From an uncultured Methanosarcinaceae archaeon (GTDB lineage Archaea; Halobacteriota; Methanosarcinia; Methanosarcinales; Methanosarcinaceae): 64,000 nucleotides of DNA. Position numbers and translations under genes: made by a program. Where the stretch lies: contig CAWJYV010000003.1 of the NCBI GenBank assembly GCA_963847185.1, positions 13,834 to 77,833 on the forward strand, in the 5' to 3' direction. Positions 62,222-64,000 of the stretch are shown piece by piece. The notes under the pieces were generated by a model that had not been told where the DNA came from, made no database searches, and saw only the letters and a list, made by a program, of their open reading frames with translations. Position 1 is the first letter of the stretch. Each line of letters starts with the position of its first letter.

Positions 62222-63676
62222 TTAGTGGAGATTCCCATCCTCATTAAGGATCTTCAGAAGCTCAATGATCGAATACGAAGCTCGGGTAATTCCCATGCTG
62301 CGTTTGTCAGTATCCGTACCTGCAATATACAGGTTTTTAAATGGTGTCCGAATATCTGCAAACTTTCCATTGATCGTGACAGCTGCTTTTTCAGGAATCA
62401 TTATCTGCTCATGCTGCATCTCTATATATTTTTCGAGATCTGGATGGGCACGGAAAATAGTGTCATAAGCCTTTTTTACCTCCTGCTCCTCACTATTATT
62501 CTCGTCGATTACAAATGAAAAGCCTATTAGCTGTTTGTTCTTGGGAGCAAGAGAGGGATCATAATTGCTGATAGGCATTGCCCAGTAAGCAAAATCCTTA
62601 AACCAAATTTCCGAGCCAGTATAGTTGAATTCCGGAATCTCCTCTTTCAGGCCAAGCCAGATAGTAAGGCTTTTGCTATGGACGATGCCTTTTAAGTCTA
62701 CTGCATAATCTGGAGGAAGATCCTTTATAAGTCCGGGCAGTTCTGTTGCAAATCCTGTATAAATTACAAGATCTGAGTAATATATCTCATCGGCTTCTAC
62801 ACCTGATACCTTTCCGTCCTGTGTCAGAATGGATTTTACTTCACATTCTTTTTTGATCTCGACTGTTTCCGGAAGGGAGTAGAGAATAGCATTAAGTAAA
62901 GCCTTTAATCCTTTTCTGGGGTAGCCCTGAGAATAATTTACATCGTTTGTTGCAAGTCTTTCAAGAGATGTAAAAGGATGGGTGACTTTGGTCATTCTGG
63001 CCTGAAGGGAAGCGTGGAGATGATACGGAAGGATAGAGGCAAGGATAGACTCCGCAGACTGACGTTTTTTAGGTTCAATCTTTCCTATCATGGCATCAAA
63101 CTGCTCCTGGGTAATGCTGTCCCTTACGAAACTACTACCTGACAAGACGCGTTGAGCTGATGTCTCCTTCATGGACTTGCCTGAGAGGAAAGCTGATATA
63201 GTGTCTACAAAATCACAAGTGTCTTTAGAAAGATTTTTGGGTAAGAAATCGTACACTGACTGGTTTGAAAGGTCTATTCCGAATGATGAGAGAGTAAAAG
63301 CTTTTGTAAGAGTCTGGGAAAGTAAAACTCTGTCCTTTCTCGGAATAACGTCAAATGTAACAAAATCTTTCAGGTTTGAAGGAACCTTGACAAGGGCATT
63401 TTCAGTCCGAATATAATAATGCCCATAATCCTCAAATACAGGCAAATAATCAAAATAGTTATCCATTAGCCTCTTCAAAGGTCCTTCAATTAGATGGGTT
63501 ATGGCATGCGCTCCGGTGTCTACCTGGTAGCCGTCTACCATATAGCTATTGCAGTTTCCACCCAGATGCCTTTTTTTCTCAAGAACAAGGACTTTTTTCC
63601 CATGTTTCGAAAGCGTCAGCGCTGCCAGAAGCCCACTGATTCCAGCACCAACAACAATTACATCATATTTTTTCAT
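62222..63676 (-). CDS. FAD-dependent oxidoreductase (phytoene dehydrogenase-like)
   Basis: VVGAGISGL..LEK..LGG, VDTGAH and NLYIAG motifs. Confidence 0.9.
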   Translation of the reverse strand: MKKYDVIVVGAGISGLLAALTLSKHGKKVLVLEKKRHLGGNCNSYMVDGYQVDTGAHAITHLIEGPLKRLMDNYFDYLPVFEDYGHYYIRTENALVKVPSNLKDFVTFDVIPRKDRVLLSQTLTKAFTLSSFGIDLSNQSVYDFLPKNLSKDTCDFVDTISAFLSGKSMKETSAQRVLSGSSFVRDSITQEQFDAMIGKIEPKKRQSAESILASILPYHLHASLQARMTKVTHPFTSLERLATNDVNYSQGYPRKGLKALLNAILYSLPETVEIKKECEVKSILTQDGKVSGVEADEIYYSDLVIYTGFATELPGLIKDLPPDYAVDLKGIVHSKSLTIWLGLKEEIPEFNYTGSEIWFKDFAYWAMPISNYDPSLAPKNKQLIGFSFVIDENNSEEQEVKKAYDTIFRAHPDLEKYIEMQHEQIMIPEKAAVTINGKFADIRTPFKNLYIAGTDTDKRSMGITRASYSIIELLKILNEDGNLH

Positions 63677-64000
63677 TCCCTAAACTACCTCTATTTTTTC
63701 CAGTGAATTAAGTTTCAGTAATGCAGTTATACACATTATTTTTCTCAACTCACAATAGGATTCGATATTAGTGGAAGATATGTCAGATCAAAAACTGTCT
63801 CCTGAATGTGTAACAAGTAACTTAAACAGAAGACACCTTAAGATACTTACAGAATTAATTTACATATACATTATGATTTAAAAAGCTTACCTCACTATTT
63901 GCAATATTTATAGAGTACAGTAGAGAAAAAAATAATATATATAAGTAGTCCTTACTGGCCAAGATTTTTTAATTAATAAGTGATAATTTTTAATAGATAA

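Noticed and set aside
1-64000. CRISPR array
   Set aside because: No run of identical repeats with unique spacers; the tandem repeats at 38347 and 41765 lack spacers.

Overview
This is archaeal DNA from a Methanosarcina-type methanogen. The evidence is a pyrrolysine-containing mtmB with mtmC, fmdB, DNRLRE/disaggregatase-related and PGF-pre-PGF surface proteins, and two tRNA-Glu genes. Core genes include cooC, asnB, purSQ, rnhB, fcl, Lsm with an RPC34/TFE-beta-like gene, an ECF transporter, a gpmA-like mutase, a beta-CASP nuclease, RIO2 and a histidine kinase. An accessory, decaying stretch at about 18.6-31.6 kb holds pseudogene fragments, a dispersed degenerate repeat family, MITEs, a secreted GH-A-like protein and a clostridial-type spore photoproduct lyase. 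One intact IS1-family element has an 8-bp target duplication. The most notable signals are the SplB gene, two candidate structured RNAs (32.5 kb and 54.8 kb), a 162-bp gene-conversion-like tract between inverted surface-protein paralogs, TRP-box-like repeats before the ECF operon, and probable ATA and CTG start codons. I found no CRISPR array, integrase or defence system, and I cannot claim a complete novel system. All calls are by eye, without database searches.
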